A stretch of DNA of 64,000 bases from Escherichia coli. Lineage in GTDB: Bacteria; Pseudomonadota; Gammaproteobacteria; Enterobacterales; Enterobacteriaceae. The stretch is from assembly GCF_030013595.1 (NCBI RefSeq), contig NZ_CP122768.1; one strand, given 5' to 3'. The translations under genes were made by a program, and so were the position numbers. Of this stretch, positions 9,108 through 18,441 are shown one piece after another (position 1 is the stretch's first letter; every line of letters starts with the position of its first letter). The notes beneath the pieces are model-generated. The model ran no database searches. It was not told the DNA's origin and saw only the letters and a list, made by a program, of their open reading frames with translations.

Positions 9108-10679
9108 TTACTGAGAGCTCAGATCAACTTTCCAGGGCAACAGATCGCGTACCCGGTTTGCCGGCCAGTCCTGGATATGTTCAATGACGTAACGCAGCCA
9201 CTTTTCTGGCTCCACATTGTTCAGACGGCATGTGCCGATCAGCGAGTACAACACCGCCGCATGTTCACCACCGCTGTCGGAACCCGCGAACATCCAGTTT
9301 TTCCGGCCTACGGCCACTCCCCGTAAGGCGTTCTCTGCGATGTTGTTGTCGATTTCCACCCAGCCATTACTGCAGTACACGTTCAGTGCATCCCACTGTT
9401 TCAGCAGGTATGCGAACGCTTTTGCCGTATCTGAGTGACGCGACAGTGTTTTCATCTGTTGCTGTATCCAGTCATACAGTGACTGCATCAGTGGCGCGGC
9501 TCTGGCTTTTCTTGCCGCCAGACGCTGTTCTGCTGAACAGCCCCGGACCTCTGCCTCGATGGCATACAGTTCACCGATACGCTGCAGGGCTTCCGTGGTG
9601 ATGTAGGTGGGCGCTCTTGCATGCACATCGTGGATTTTTCTCCGGGCATGAGCCATACACGCGGCTTCCGTTATTCTGCCGGATTCGTATAACGCCCGGT
9701 AACCACCGTAAGCATCGGCCTGAAGCACACCGCTGTAACCGGCCAGGTGATTTTGTGGATGGATACCTTTCCGGTCCGGACTGTACGCGAACCAGACCGC
9801 CGGGGGCATCTGTGAACCGGCGTTACGGTCATCACGGACGTAGACCCACAGCCGGGCTGTCCGGGTTTTACCGCTGCCCGGCTCCTGGACCGGGACGGGG
9901 ATATCATCAGCATGGACTTTACCGGGCATCAGCACATACTGGCGCAGGACGTCATACAGCGGCTCCAGCAGTTCAGCAACAGCACCTGTCCAGCGCCCCA
10001 GTGTGGCACGGCTCAGCTCCACTCCCTGACGACGGTATATTTCTGACTGGCGGTATAACGGCAGATGGTCTGCATATTTCCCGGTGACAACATGGGCCAG
10101 AAGCCCCGCTCCGGCATAACTGCGTGCAATGGGTTTTGAAGGTACTGGTGCCTGTACGATATGGTCGCACCGGCAACAGGCCTGTTTCGGACGTTGTGTT
10201 TCGATAACCTTAAAGGCGCTGCTGATAAGCTCCAGTTGCTCTGACACATCACATCCCAGAGAACTGAGTTCACCACCACAGGCAGGACAGCATTCCTCTT
10301 CCGGCCGGATAACCCGGGTTTCACGGGGAAGTGAGGCCGGTAACGGTTTACGGGCTGAAGACTGGCGCAGGGCGGATGGCAGTACCGGGTCATATTGCTC
10401 ACCCAGCGTTTCCGCCATTTCTTCCTGAAGTGCGCTGATTCGCTCCTGTGCTTCCTGTATCTGCCGTTCGGTTTTTGCACGAAGTTTTTCTGAGCTTTTA
10501 CCGAACTGCATACGTTGCAGTTTCGCAACCAGCGCCTTCAGCCGGTTGATTTCGGAAGCATAAGCCGCCACCCGCTGTGAGAGCAGGCGGTTGTATTCAG
10601 CCATCTGGCGGATGGTGTCCTGTTGCGTCTGCAACAGTGCCCGCAGGCGGGCGTTCTCATGAGCAAGTGAGGTGTCCAT
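9108..10679 (-). CDS. tnpC: IS66-family transposase TnpC (orf3)
   Basis: 523-aa protein with an N-terminal coiled coil, a Cys-rich zinc-finger region (CPACGG...CCRCD) and a DDE-type core. Confidence 0.85.
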   Translation of the reverse strand: MDTSLAHENARLRALLQTQQDTIRQMAEYNRLLSQRVAAYASEINRLKALVAKLQRMQFGKSSEKLRAKTERQIQEAQERISALQEEMAETLGEQYDPVLPSALRQSSARKPLPASLPRETRVIRPEEECCPACGGELSSLGCDVSEQLELISSAFKVIETQRPKQACCRCDHIVQAPVPSKPIARSYAGAGLLAHVVTGKYADHLPLYRQSEIYRRQGVELSRATLGRWTGAVAELLEPLYDVLRQYVLMPGKVHADDIPVPVQEPGSGKTRTARLWVYVRDDRNAGSQMPPAVWFAYSPDRKGIHPQNHLAGYSGVLQADAYGGYRALYESGRITEAACMAHARRKIHDVHARAPTYITTEALQRIGELYAIEAEVRGCSAEQRLAARKARAAPLMQSLYDWIQQQMKTLSRHSDTAKAFAYLLKQWDALNVYCSNGWVEIDNNIAENALRGVAVGRKNWMFAGSDSGGEHAAVLYSLIGTCRLNNVEPEKWLRYVIEHIQDWPANRVRDLLPWKVDLSSQ

Positions 10680-10698
10680 ATCCTCACTTTACAACGGG

Positions 10699-11046
10699 TT
10701 ATATGCGGATTCCAGCGCGTTCCGTTCGTTTCGGGTGCTTCCAGTTGATACCTTCAAGAAGCATGGATAACTGAGCCGGAGTAAGGTGCACCTTGCCGTC
10801 ACGGGTGACTGGCCAGACGAAGCGGCCCCGCTCCAGGCGTTTGGTGAAGAGGCACAGTCCGTCACTGTCAGCCCACAACACTTTTATCTGGTCACCCCGG
10901 CGTCCGCGGAAGATGAACAGGTGTCCGGAGAACGGGTCATCCTTCAGGACGTTCTGAACTTTTGATGCCAGGCCGTTAAAGCCATTTCGCATATCGGTGA
11001 TACCTGCAACCAGCCAGATACGCGAACCTGCAGGGAGAGATATCAT
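10699..11046 (-). CDS. tnpB: IS66-family accessory protein TnpB (orf2)
   Basis: 115-aa protein (MISLPAGSRIWLVAGITDMRNGFNGL...) typical of IS66 Orf2. Confidence 0.8.
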   Translation of the reverse strand: MISLPAGSRIWLVAGITDMRNGFNGLASKVQNVLKDDPFSGHLFIFRGRRGDQIKVLWADSDGLCLFTKRLERGRFVWPVTRDGKVHLTPAQLSMLLEGINWKHPKRTERAGIRI

Positions 11047-11720
11047 CAGTGGCTGCTCCCTTTTATTTCGCGGATAAGTGTCTGTAATAACGCCGGCGTC
11101 AGTTTACCTTTAAGCCTGAGAGTTCCGGCCGGCAGAACCAGCTCACAACACAGACTGTCGGACGGTGTATTTATCTGCTCTGGTTCCTGTGCGGGGGCCG
11201 GGATTTTATTATCCGGCTCCGGCGTTAACGTCACGGGAAGCAGTGCCGGCATATTTTTTCCGGAAGGCAGCAGGCCACCTTTCCGGTATTGATGGCGCCA
11301 GTTGAAGAGCAGGTTATCGTTGATTCCGTTTTCCCGGGCGATCTGCGCCACACAGGCTCCGGGCTGCAGTGACTGCTCCACTAAGGCGATTTTAAACTCA
11401 TAAGGGAAGTTGGGCCGCCGGGGACGTTTTTTTACCACGGGGGCTTCGGATATAACGGTGCTTTCAGGACGTACGACTGGTACCGTGGAAAATTGTCCGT
11501 AAAGGCAGGCATCAAGTTCCTGCTCCGACATGCCTGCGGGCAAAGGCCACGAAAGGCCAGCTCTCCGAAAGCGCACGAACATACTACAAACTGTTGATTT
11601 TGGTACACCCAGGCGACGCCCGGCCACAACCCGGGGTAAATGTTCTTCAAAGTGAAGACGTAAAGCTTCAGTGATCCAGGTCCGGTGTTTCATACGATAG
11701 TGTCCATTAAAAATGGACAT
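11046..11720 (-). CDS. tnpA: IS66-family TnpA (orf1) with an N-terminal extension
   Basis: Helix-turn-helix region FPYEFKIALVEQSLQPGACVAQIARENGINDNLLFNWRHQY. The stop overlaps the tnpB start. Which Met is the true start is unresolved. Confidence 0.65.
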   Translation of the reverse strand: MSIFNGHYRMKHRTWITEALRLHFEEHLPRVVAGRRLGVPKSTVCSMFVRFRRAGLSWPLPAGMSEQELDACLYGQFSTVPVVRPESTVISEAPVVKKRPRRPNFPYEFKIALVEQSLQPGACVAQIARENGINDNLLFNWRHQYRKGGLLPSGKNMPALLPVTLTPEPDNKIPAPAQEPEQINTPSDSLCCELVLPAGTLRLKGKLTPALLQTLIREIKGSSH

Positions 11721-11772
11721 TATTTTTGTAGAGCCGGAGGAAACAGACCAGACGGTTTAAATGAGCCGGTTA

Positions 11773-12237
11773 CTATTCAGCTTCATAAAGCTTTTTGAAC
11801 ATGGGGCTTTGATCCCAGGCGATCCCTTTGTAACGCTTCATATTTTTCCGCAATTCATCCTTTGAAAGATTCATAAAACGGATTTTTAATTTTTCATCGG
11901 TTTCAGTGTTGTAAACCAAATGTTCCATCCCACGCCAGGAGGACTCCAGTTTCTGAAATTCCGGATGACTCAGGATTAGTTTGATCTGCTCAGTTAATTT
12001 GAAATCGATCTGCTCAATAATCGCAGCAATACTTTTATAAGCGTCGTCACTGACGGTGACGGTATTTGTCAAAGCCTGTTGGGCCAGCGTCTGAACTGCT
12101 GCCTCAACAGCCTTTGCTGCCTGAGGTGTCTTGGGACGGAAGGCTTTATCCAGGAGCGAATCAAATTCAGTGTCCTGATAGGCAGTGGTTTGCGCAGCAG
12201 AGAGTTCGCCAGTCGCCAGAAGAGTATCGTTTACCAT
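11773..12237 (-). pseudogene. tssC: T6SS sheath large subunit TssC, truncated to the N-terminal 154 codons by the IS66 element
   Basis: Contains the conserved FQKLESSWRG block of the TssC/VipB N-terminus. The reading frame ends in a TAG formed at the IS junction, and the remaining ~350 codons are absent. Confidence 0.8.
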
Positions 12238-12261
12238 GAAAGTTCCTTAATAAAATCGCAG

Positions 12262-12807
12262 TTAGTCTGCTGTTCCCGTTTCACCTGATAAGACACTTTC
12301 CTGTTGAGCGACAGGTTTTGGCGCACTAGCCAGAGCTTTCAGTAACGTAGGGTCTTGTAATAGTTTGTTGATAAGATTTTCTGCTCCCGCTTTACCATCC
12401 ATGTAGGTTTGTAGGTTGGCAAGCTGAGTACGCGCTTCCAGCAGCTGGTTCAGGGCATCCACCTTACGGGCAATCTGCGCAGGCGAAAAATCGTCCATAT
12501 TCTCTAACGTGATATCGACCATTAACTGCCCTTCGCCCGTCAGCGTATTGGGGACAGCAAACGCCACGCGCGGCGCAATGGCTTTCATCCTCTCGTTGAA
12601 GTTATCGATATCAATATCAAGGAATTTACGATCGGTGACCGGCGGCAGCTCTTCACGCGGTTTACCCGCCAGGTCGGCCAGCACCGCCATGACAAACGGC
12701 AGTTCGATTTTTTTCTCGGAGCCGTAAATCTCAACGTCATACTCAATCTGCACGCGGGGCGCGCGGTTGCGGGCAATAAACTTCTGCGCGCTGTTGTTGA
12801 TAGCCAT
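12262..12807 (-). CDS. tssB: T6SS sheath small subunit TssB (VipA)
   Basis: 181-aa protein with the TssB signature IEYDVEIYGSEKKIELPFVMAVLADLAG. Confidence 0.85.
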   Translation of the reverse strand: MAINNSAQKFIARNRAPRVQIEYDVEIYGSEKKIELPFVMAVLADLAGKPREELPPVTDRKFLDIDIDNFNERMKAIAPRVAFAVPNTLTGEGQLMVDITLENMDDFSPAQIARKVDALNQLLEARTQLANLQTYMDGKAGAENLINKLLQDPTLLKALASAPKPVAQQESVLSGETGTAD

Positions 12808-12868
12808 AATCCTTCATTTCCTTATCAGTCAGCCGACGACCACCTGGGGAGTGGCCCGACGGTACAGT

Positions 12869-13159
12869 TTAAAAATCATACGCAGAGAGTATTTTTATAA
12901 TCTCTTTGTTTTCTTTGTACTTTTCCCGAAGCACAGGGAGTGATTTCTTCGCCGGAGGACACCAGGTATCAACCCCCTTTTCGATGTCTCTTTTATCCTT
13001 CTCTGGTAAAGAACTGTCCCATTCACCAGCAAGATGCTGGCACATTTCCGCATTACTCAGAAAATGCTGTACATCCTGTGGTAAAGACGGTTCCCCCTGA
13101 ACACTGAAAGCGAACATCATTAACAGGAATGTCCACAACACCGGATAACGAAATGTCAT
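12869..13159 (-). CDS. Small secreted protein; putative immunity protein for the adjacent peptidase-like gene
   Basis: 96-aa ORF with a predicted Sec signal peptide (MTFRYPVLWTFLLMMFAFSVQG), two Cys residues, and a start 3 nt after the upstream gene's stop. Confidence 0.5.
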   Translation of the reverse strand: MTFRYPVLWTFLLMMFAFSVQGEPSLPQDVQHFLSNAEMCQHLAGEWDSSLPEKDKRDIEKGVDTWCPPAKKSLPVLREKYKENKEIIKILSAYDF

Positions 13160-13161
13160 AC

Positions 13162-13725
13162 TTAATGTCCATCAATTGACCAGTGGGGTATATCTGTATT
13201 TCCGCCTACAAATTTTCTGACGCCGTAACCCAGACCTACCGCCTGAAGCTGGGCATTCATTCCGGTTCGATGTAGTGTATTAATTGCAACATTCTGACCA
13301 TTGCTCCCCGCAATTGTTAATGTTCCGCTCCAACTGATATTCATATCTATCGCAGTACCGCGTGTATGGTTGGAGCTCAGTGCAGGCGCGACATTCAGAT
13401 TATTCATACCATAGGCCGTAACCATAGCCTGCGCCGCTTCAAGCGAGGCTTGCTCAGTCGGGTGAACCCACTCAATATCCACCCCCTCCATCGCCGGGAC
13501 GTTTTTTGCCTGAACGATTTCCTGAGCAATCAACCATGACCAGTGCATGAGATATGCTCTGGCGGGAGGGCGATATGTTGCAGAGATACTGACCCTTGCA
13601 CGCGCATTACCAAGCGCGCGCAAAAAATTATCTACCGATGCACGAAAAGTCCCCTGCAAATCATTAGTGGAAGAACTTCCAGGAAAGCGACTGACCCACA
13701 GTGCGCCACTTAATTCTTTTGCCAT
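13162..13725 (-). CDS. Putative LAS/M15-type zinc metallopeptidase; candidate T6SS peptidoglycan-hydrolase effector
   Basis: 187-aa protein without a signal peptide. It carries an exact SxHxxGxAxD motif (SNHTRGTAID) and C-terminal His residues (IPHWSIDGH). It lies between clpV and tssB. Confidence 0.5.
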   Translation of the reverse strand: MAKELSGALWVSRFPGSSSTNDLQGTFRASVDNFLRALGNARARVSISATYRPPARAYLMHWSWLIAQEIVQAKNVPAMEGVDIEWVHPTEQASLEAAQAMVTAYGMNNLNVAPALSSNHTRGTAIDMNISWSGTLTIAGSNGQNVAINTLHRTGMNAQLQAVGLGYGVRKFVGGNTDIPHWSIDGH

Positions 13726-13737
13726 AAGGATGCTCCA

Positions 13738-16371
13738 TTAATCCGTTTCAAAAATAATCTGTTCATCCTCATCAACACGAATGCGGATTTGCGTGATGGC
13801 CGTTTTCTCTGTCATCGCCTGCAACCAATAACGGGACAGTTGTGGGAGGATATGTTGTTCGATATAGCCGATGAGCAAACGAGCGCCGGTCTCGTGCATC
13901 GGGCAGCGCGACACAATATGCGTAATCAGTTCATCGCCATACACCAGTGAAACGCCATGCCGCTCCGCCATCCGATCCATCAATCTGCCAAGATGCAGGC
14001 GGGCAATAACACCACGCGCGGTCTCATCCAGCGGTAAATAAGGAATAACCGTCACACGCCCCAGGAAAGCCGCCGGGAAGTGTTTACGTAACTCCGGCAT
14101 TAACGCCTCTTTTAACCCTGCCGAATCGGGCATCAGCGCCGGATCTTCACAGAGCTGGCTGATAAGTTCCGCCCCCGCGTTAGTAGTCAACAACAGCGTG
14201 GTATTTTTGAAATCGATGTGGACACCTTCGCCATCTTCCATCGCCCCCTTATCAAACACCTGGAAGAACAGCTCGTGGACGTCGTGATGGGCTTTTTCAA
14301 TTTCATCTAGCAATACCACGCTCCAGGGATGGCGGCGTACCGCTTCCGTCAACACACCGCCTTCGCCATAGCCGACGTAGCCGGGCGGCGCGCCTTTCAG
14401 AGTGGAGACTGTGTGAGACTCCTGATACTCGCTCATGTTGATGGTGATCAGATTCTGTTCACCGCCATAGATTGCTTCTGCCAGTGCCAGCGCGGTCTCA
14501 GTCTTGCCTACTCCGGACGGCCCGGCCAGCAAAAAGACACCCACAGGCTTACGCGGGTCACCTAAACCCGCCCGCGCGGTCTGGATACGCTCGCCAATCT
14601 GCGCCAACGCATCCATCTGCCCGGTAACACGCTGCGCCAAACGGGTGGGCAATTCCAGTATCTGACTGGCTTCATCTTTCACCATCCGTCCGGCGGGAAT
14701 ACCGGTCCAGTCGGAGACAATCTCTGCCACCACGGTTGCACTGACTTCCGGGTACACGACAGGGTTTTCACCCTGCCAGCCTCTTAATGCCGTTTCTGCC
14801 TGTTGTAGAGTGATTTCGTCGCGCTCGCCAGGCGCTGCGCCGCGTTGCTCCTGTAAACTGCGAACCAACTCCAGTTCCTGCTGCCACCGCGCTTCGGTGT
14901 CAGAAAGATCGGCATTAAGCGATATAATCCGCGCCGTCAGTACATCGCCCCGCTCCGAGCGGATACCCATTTTTTCCTGCTTTAATAACAACTCCTGCTC
15001 CAGTTCGGCAGCGTTGAGCTGCTGGCGCAGATACTGGACTCTCGCAGGCGGGGTATGCAGCGACAGCGCTACACGGGCCGCCGCCGTATCCAACAGGCTG
15101 ATGGCCTTATCCGGTAGTTGCCGGGCCGGAATGTAACGGTGAGAAAGCTGTACGGCGGCGCGCACGGCCTCATCAAGAATCAGGACATCATGGTGTTCTT
15201 CAAGCGTGGTGACTAATCCGCGCACCATCTCAACAGCCGCAACCTCTTCCGGCTCAGCAACCTGCAATACCTGAAAACGCCGGGTCAGCGCCGGATCCTT
15301 TTCGATATGGCGTTTGTACTCGCTCCAGGTGGTTGCGCCGATGGTGCGCAGAGTGCCACGCGCCAGCGCCGGTTTCAGCAAGTTGGCAGCATCCCCCGTA
15401 CCGGATGTACCACCAGCGCCCACCAGGGTGTGAACTTCATCAACAAAAAGTATCACCGGCTGCGCCGAGCGCGCGGCCTCTTCCAGCAAAGCTTTCAGGC
15501 GGGATTCAAATTCACCCTTCATGGACGCCCCAGCCAGCAGCGCTCCAACATCCAGTGACAGCAACCGCACGTTACGCAGTGAAGGCGGCACTTCCCCCCC
15601 GGCAATCGCCAGCGCGAATCCTTCCACCACTGCCGTTTTCCCGACCCCCGCCTCGCCGGTCAGCAGCGGGTTGTTCTGGCGACGGCGCAGCAGAATATCC
15701 GTCATAGTACGGATCTCGTGTTCGCGGCCGGTGACCGGATCGATATTGCCTTCACGGGCCAGCGCAGTCATGTCCTGGCAGTATTTCGCCAGCGCGGATT
15801 TACTTCCGGTTGATTCGCCGGCAAAGACCTGGCTAGCTTCCCCCGGTACTGCAGAATTTAAATCCGAGCCGTCATAAGGCATTTCTGTTAATTCAGGAGA
15901 TGAAGTGATTAAAGACGGAAGAATATCTAATAGTTCATCTACCGGTAGCTCTGCCAATGGCGCACAAATATTTTTTAACACCCGACACAATTCTGGCGTG
16001 GTTAACCAGGCAAGTAATAACCATCCACTACGAATTTTTTGATCGCCAAAGCGGATACTTGCCAACATCCAGGCTTTTTCAACAGAAAGATCGATATGAT
16101 GGGAAAAATCGTTAATTACACTCGCTCCGGCAGGCAATATATTCAATTGCTGAATTAACGCCTTCTCAACATCAGCAGATGTTATTTGATAATGTCGAAG
16201 CACATTGTGAATGTCATTCTCTGGTTGTTGTATTAACTGATGCAACCAATGCGTCAGTTCGACATAAGGATTAGCGCGTAATTTACAGAACGTCGTCGCA
16301 GATTCCAAAGATCTAAACAAAGATTTGGTTAGCTTTCCATACAGTGCACTGCGCGAAACAGGAGTGTCCAT
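13738..16371 (-). CDS. clpV: T6SS AAA+ ATPase ClpV (TssH)
   Basis: 877-aa protein with two AAA+ modules (Walker A GEAGVGKT and GPSGVGKT) and a ClpV-type N-domain. Confidence 0.9.
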   Translation of the reverse strand: MDTPVSRSALYGKLTKSLFRSLESATTFCKLRANPYVELTHWLHQLIQQPENDIHNVLRHYQITSADVEKALIQQLNILPAGASVINDFSHHIDLSVEKAWMLASIRFGDQKIRSGWLLLAWLTTPELCRVLKNICAPLAELPVDELLDILPSLITSSPELTEMPYDGSDLNSAVPGEASQVFAGESTGSKSALAKYCQDMTALAREGNIDPVTGREHEIRTMTDILLRRRQNNPLLTGEAGVGKTAVVEGFALAIAGGEVPPSLRNVRLLSLDVGALLAGASMKGEFESRLKALLEEAARSAQPVILFVDEVHTLVGAGGTSGTGDAANLLKPALARGTLRTIGATTWSEYKRHIEKDPALTRRFQVLQVAEPEEVAAVEMVRGLVTTLEEHHDVLILDEAVRAAVQLSHRYIPARQLPDKAISLLDTAAARVALSLHTPPARVQYLRQQLNAAELEQELLLKQEKMGIRSERGDVLTARIISLNADLSDTEARWQQELELVRSLQEQRGAAPGERDEITLQQAETALRGWQGENPVVYPEVSATVVAEIVSDWTGIPAGRMVKDEASQILELPTRLAQRVTGQMDALAQIGERIQTARAGLGDPRKPVGVFLLAGPSGVGKTETALALAEAIYGGEQNLITINMSEYQESHTVSTLKGAPPGYVGYGEGGVLTEAVRRHPWSVVLLDEIEKAHHDVHELFFQVFDKGAMEDGEGVHIDFKNTTLLLTTNAGAELISQLCEDPALMPDSAGLKEALMPELRKHFPAAFLGRVTVIPYLPLDETARGVIARLHLGRLMDRMAERHGVSLVYGDELITHIVSRCPMHETGARLLIGYIEQHILPQLSRYWLQAMTEKTAITQIRIRVDEDEQIIFETD

Positions 16372-16703
16372 CTGTTACACCTAATGATGTAAGAACATAT
16401 AAATGATACATAAACATAACTGTACCGATTAAAACTTCTAATTAATAGAATTATCAAAAAGGCCGAATGAAACAATGATGCATATCACAGAACACAATGT
16501 AATATAGCAGGTAGTATCTTTTTCATGGTGATATTCAATAGAGCAAGCCAATTTCATACATACCATGAATATATTAAATTGAAAATCGCCACTATATATT
16601 TCCGCGAAAACTTATATTGATAAAGTAAATTGATCAGCATTGCTTATCTAAAAATTTAGAAAACTTATTCTTTTGAAAGAAACATTCTACACAGTGATAC
16701 ACA
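16372..16703. promoter_or_regulatory. AT-rich divergent intergenic region between clpV and the FHA gene (probable divergent promoters)
   Basis: About 330 bp of strongly AT-rich sequence between two divergently oriented T6SS operons. Confidence 0.5.
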
Positions 16704-17624
16704 ATGAAACCAAATATTACGTGGGGACTCCAAAAAATACAGGCGCACGGGATCGCCGATAACACAATTTACGCGACTGAAGGAACCCAAATTATCTTCA
16801 CCGTTACCTCCCCCTGGATTCCTGTTTTTGAGGTGAATGATGATGTAAAGATTGCCCTCAGTCTGACCCGCCACGAAGAAGCATGGTGGATTATCAATCA
16901 GTCTACCGAATATTGCTGTACGGTAAACGACCAGATTGTGGAACCTCATCACCGTATGCGTCTGAATGAAGGCGACCTGATAGAATGGGGGTTATCTTCA
17001 TGGTGCCTTGTGCACGGCAATCCATCATCTCCGGACCTGAGCGCAGTAAAAACGACATCGCAGACTGCCACCATGTCGGAAACAATAACCGAATATCTGG
17101 ATCTGGATTGGTTCAGGCAGCAGCATCTGACATCACAAAATCCATTCGATATCATTCCTGTTCATGGAGCCTCCTCCACTGGAGAAGATGCTAAAAAAGA
17201 AAATGCCCTGACTCGACTTTATCAGGAATACCGCGAGGCGTTGTTATCTCCTGAACAAGATCTTCATCGCCATGCTGATCCTTTTCCCTTTAACGAAGAG
17301 CCCTCCTCACAGGATCTGGATTCATTGCGTGATCTGGTCACTGAAGCCGAGACATTGCAGGATATGGTCACTGGCGGGTTAAGCATTGACGCTATTCTCG
17401 ATGTCCTGGACGCCACCGGCGAAGGGGAAACCGCCTGGCCTGCCGAAAAGACGCCCCCAGATATCCTGCACCTGCTATCCCCGGAATGCGCACCGGAAAC
17501 AGCGCATAACACCGTTCTGCCCGACCTGACACGCAAAGAGCATCGCATCATTGGCATTGACATTGACAGCCATTATCGGATAAACCCGGCACAACACGGA
17601 GAGATATCTCATGACAAACAATAA
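16704..17624 (+). CDS. tagH: T6SS-associated FHA-domain protein (TagH/Fha-like), short form
   Basis: N-terminal FHA-like domain and an acidic C-terminal half. First gene of the + strand T6SS operon. Confidence 0.65.
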   Translation: MKPNITWGLQKIQAHGIADNTIYATEGTQIIFTVTSPWIPVFEVNDDVKIALSLTRHEEAWWIINQSTEYCCTVNDQIVEPHHRMRLNEGDLIEWGLSSWCLVHGNPSSPDLSAVKTTSQTATMSETITEYLDLDWFRQQHLTSQNPFDIIPVHGASSTGEDAKKENALTRLYQEYREALLSPEQDLHRHADPFPFNEEPSSQDLDSLRDLVTEAETLQDMVTGGLSIDAILDVLDATGEGETAWPAEKTPPDILHLLSPECAPETAHNTVLPDLTRKEHRIIGIDIDSHYRINPAQHGEISHDKQ

Positions 17625-18441
17625 CGAGCTACCGGCTACCCTGTCGGCGCTGCTGCGGGATTATTCCGTGGCGGAGGGCATTCAAATGGCAGAACAGCAG
17701 GTCAGGATGCACCCGGCGCAGGCCTCCCGCCGCCACAGCCTATTTCAGTTATTGTGCGTGGCAGGCTACTGGTCGCGGGCACTGCAACAGATCCAGCTAT
17801 GCGCCCGGATGGACGCAAATTATACCCGCGAAGCGCAGGTATTTGGCGAGCTGATACGCTGTGAGATATACCGCCACGCCTGCTTTCAGGGAGAACAGCG
17901 GCCCGATTTTATTCTCCCGCCGCCCGCCTGGATGGAGGATCTGCTGACCGCCCTCGCCTGTAACGCTCGTGGTGAAGCGCAGGAAGCTGACGCCCACCGC
18001 AGCCGCGCACTTGAGGCCATAACAGATACTGCAGGGCAGTGGAATGGTGGCGCATTTGACTGGATTAGCGACAGCGACTCCCGTACCGGTCCGGTACTCG
18101 AACTCATCGCGGGCGGAGTATATATCTGGCTGCCGTTTTCACAAATCTGTTCGCTAAAATCGCCGCGGCCTGCGCATCTGACCGATTTGATCTGGAAACC
18201 CGTCAACGTCACACTGAATAATGGCGACACACACAGTGCCTGGCTGTTTTCCCGCTACAGCGGCTCTGAAAAGGCTGCCGACTCCCTGCGTCTGTGCCGG
18301 GAAACGGTCTGGCAGGACGGGCCGGGAGAGACTCTGGTACAGGCGCTGGGTCAGAGGGTGTGGCTCACCGGTCACGGCGATATCAGCCTGCTGGATTTGT
18401 CCACCTGTACCTTTAACACCGCTGAAGGAAGCGACGCGTGA
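17611..18441 (+). CDS. tagJ: T6SS accessory protein TagJ (ImpE family)
   Basis: 276-aa protein of ImpE-like size, translationally coupled between the FHA gene and tssE. Confidence 0.6.
   Translation: MTNNNELPATLSALLRDYSVAEGIQMAEQQVRMHPAQASRRHSLFQLLCVAGYWSRALQQIQLCARMDANYTREAQVFGELIRCEIYRHACFQGEQRPDFILPPPAWMEDLLTALACNARGEAQEADAHRSRALEAITDTAGQWNGGAFDWISDSDSRTGPVLELIAGGVYIWLPFSQICSLKSPRPAHLTDLIWKPVNVTLNNGDTHSAWLFSRYSGSEKAADSLRLCRETVWQDGPGETLVQALGQRVWLTGHGDISLLDLSTCTFNTAEGSDA

Larger units (their letters stand above)
9078..11773 (-). mobile_element. IS66-family insertion sequence (about 2.7 kb)
   Basis: Three collinear genes (tnpA, tnpB, tnpC). One end reads GTAAGCG..., and the other end is an imperfect inverted repeat (about 18 of 26 nt by eye). 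No 8-bp target-site duplication is visible. Confidence 0.8.

Noticed and set aside
9217-10528. Several ORFs overlapping the IS66 transposase gene on either strand (9230-9601, 9617-10087, 10013-10528 and others)
   Set aside because: They are nested in or antisense to tnpC, which has a clear IS66 transposase signature; I treat them as non-coding.
12079-12288. 69-aa + strand ORF spanning the tssB/tssC junction, and 12509-12727 / 12585-12776 within tssB
   Set aside because: They overlap the strongly supported tssB and tssC reading frames and have no features of their own.
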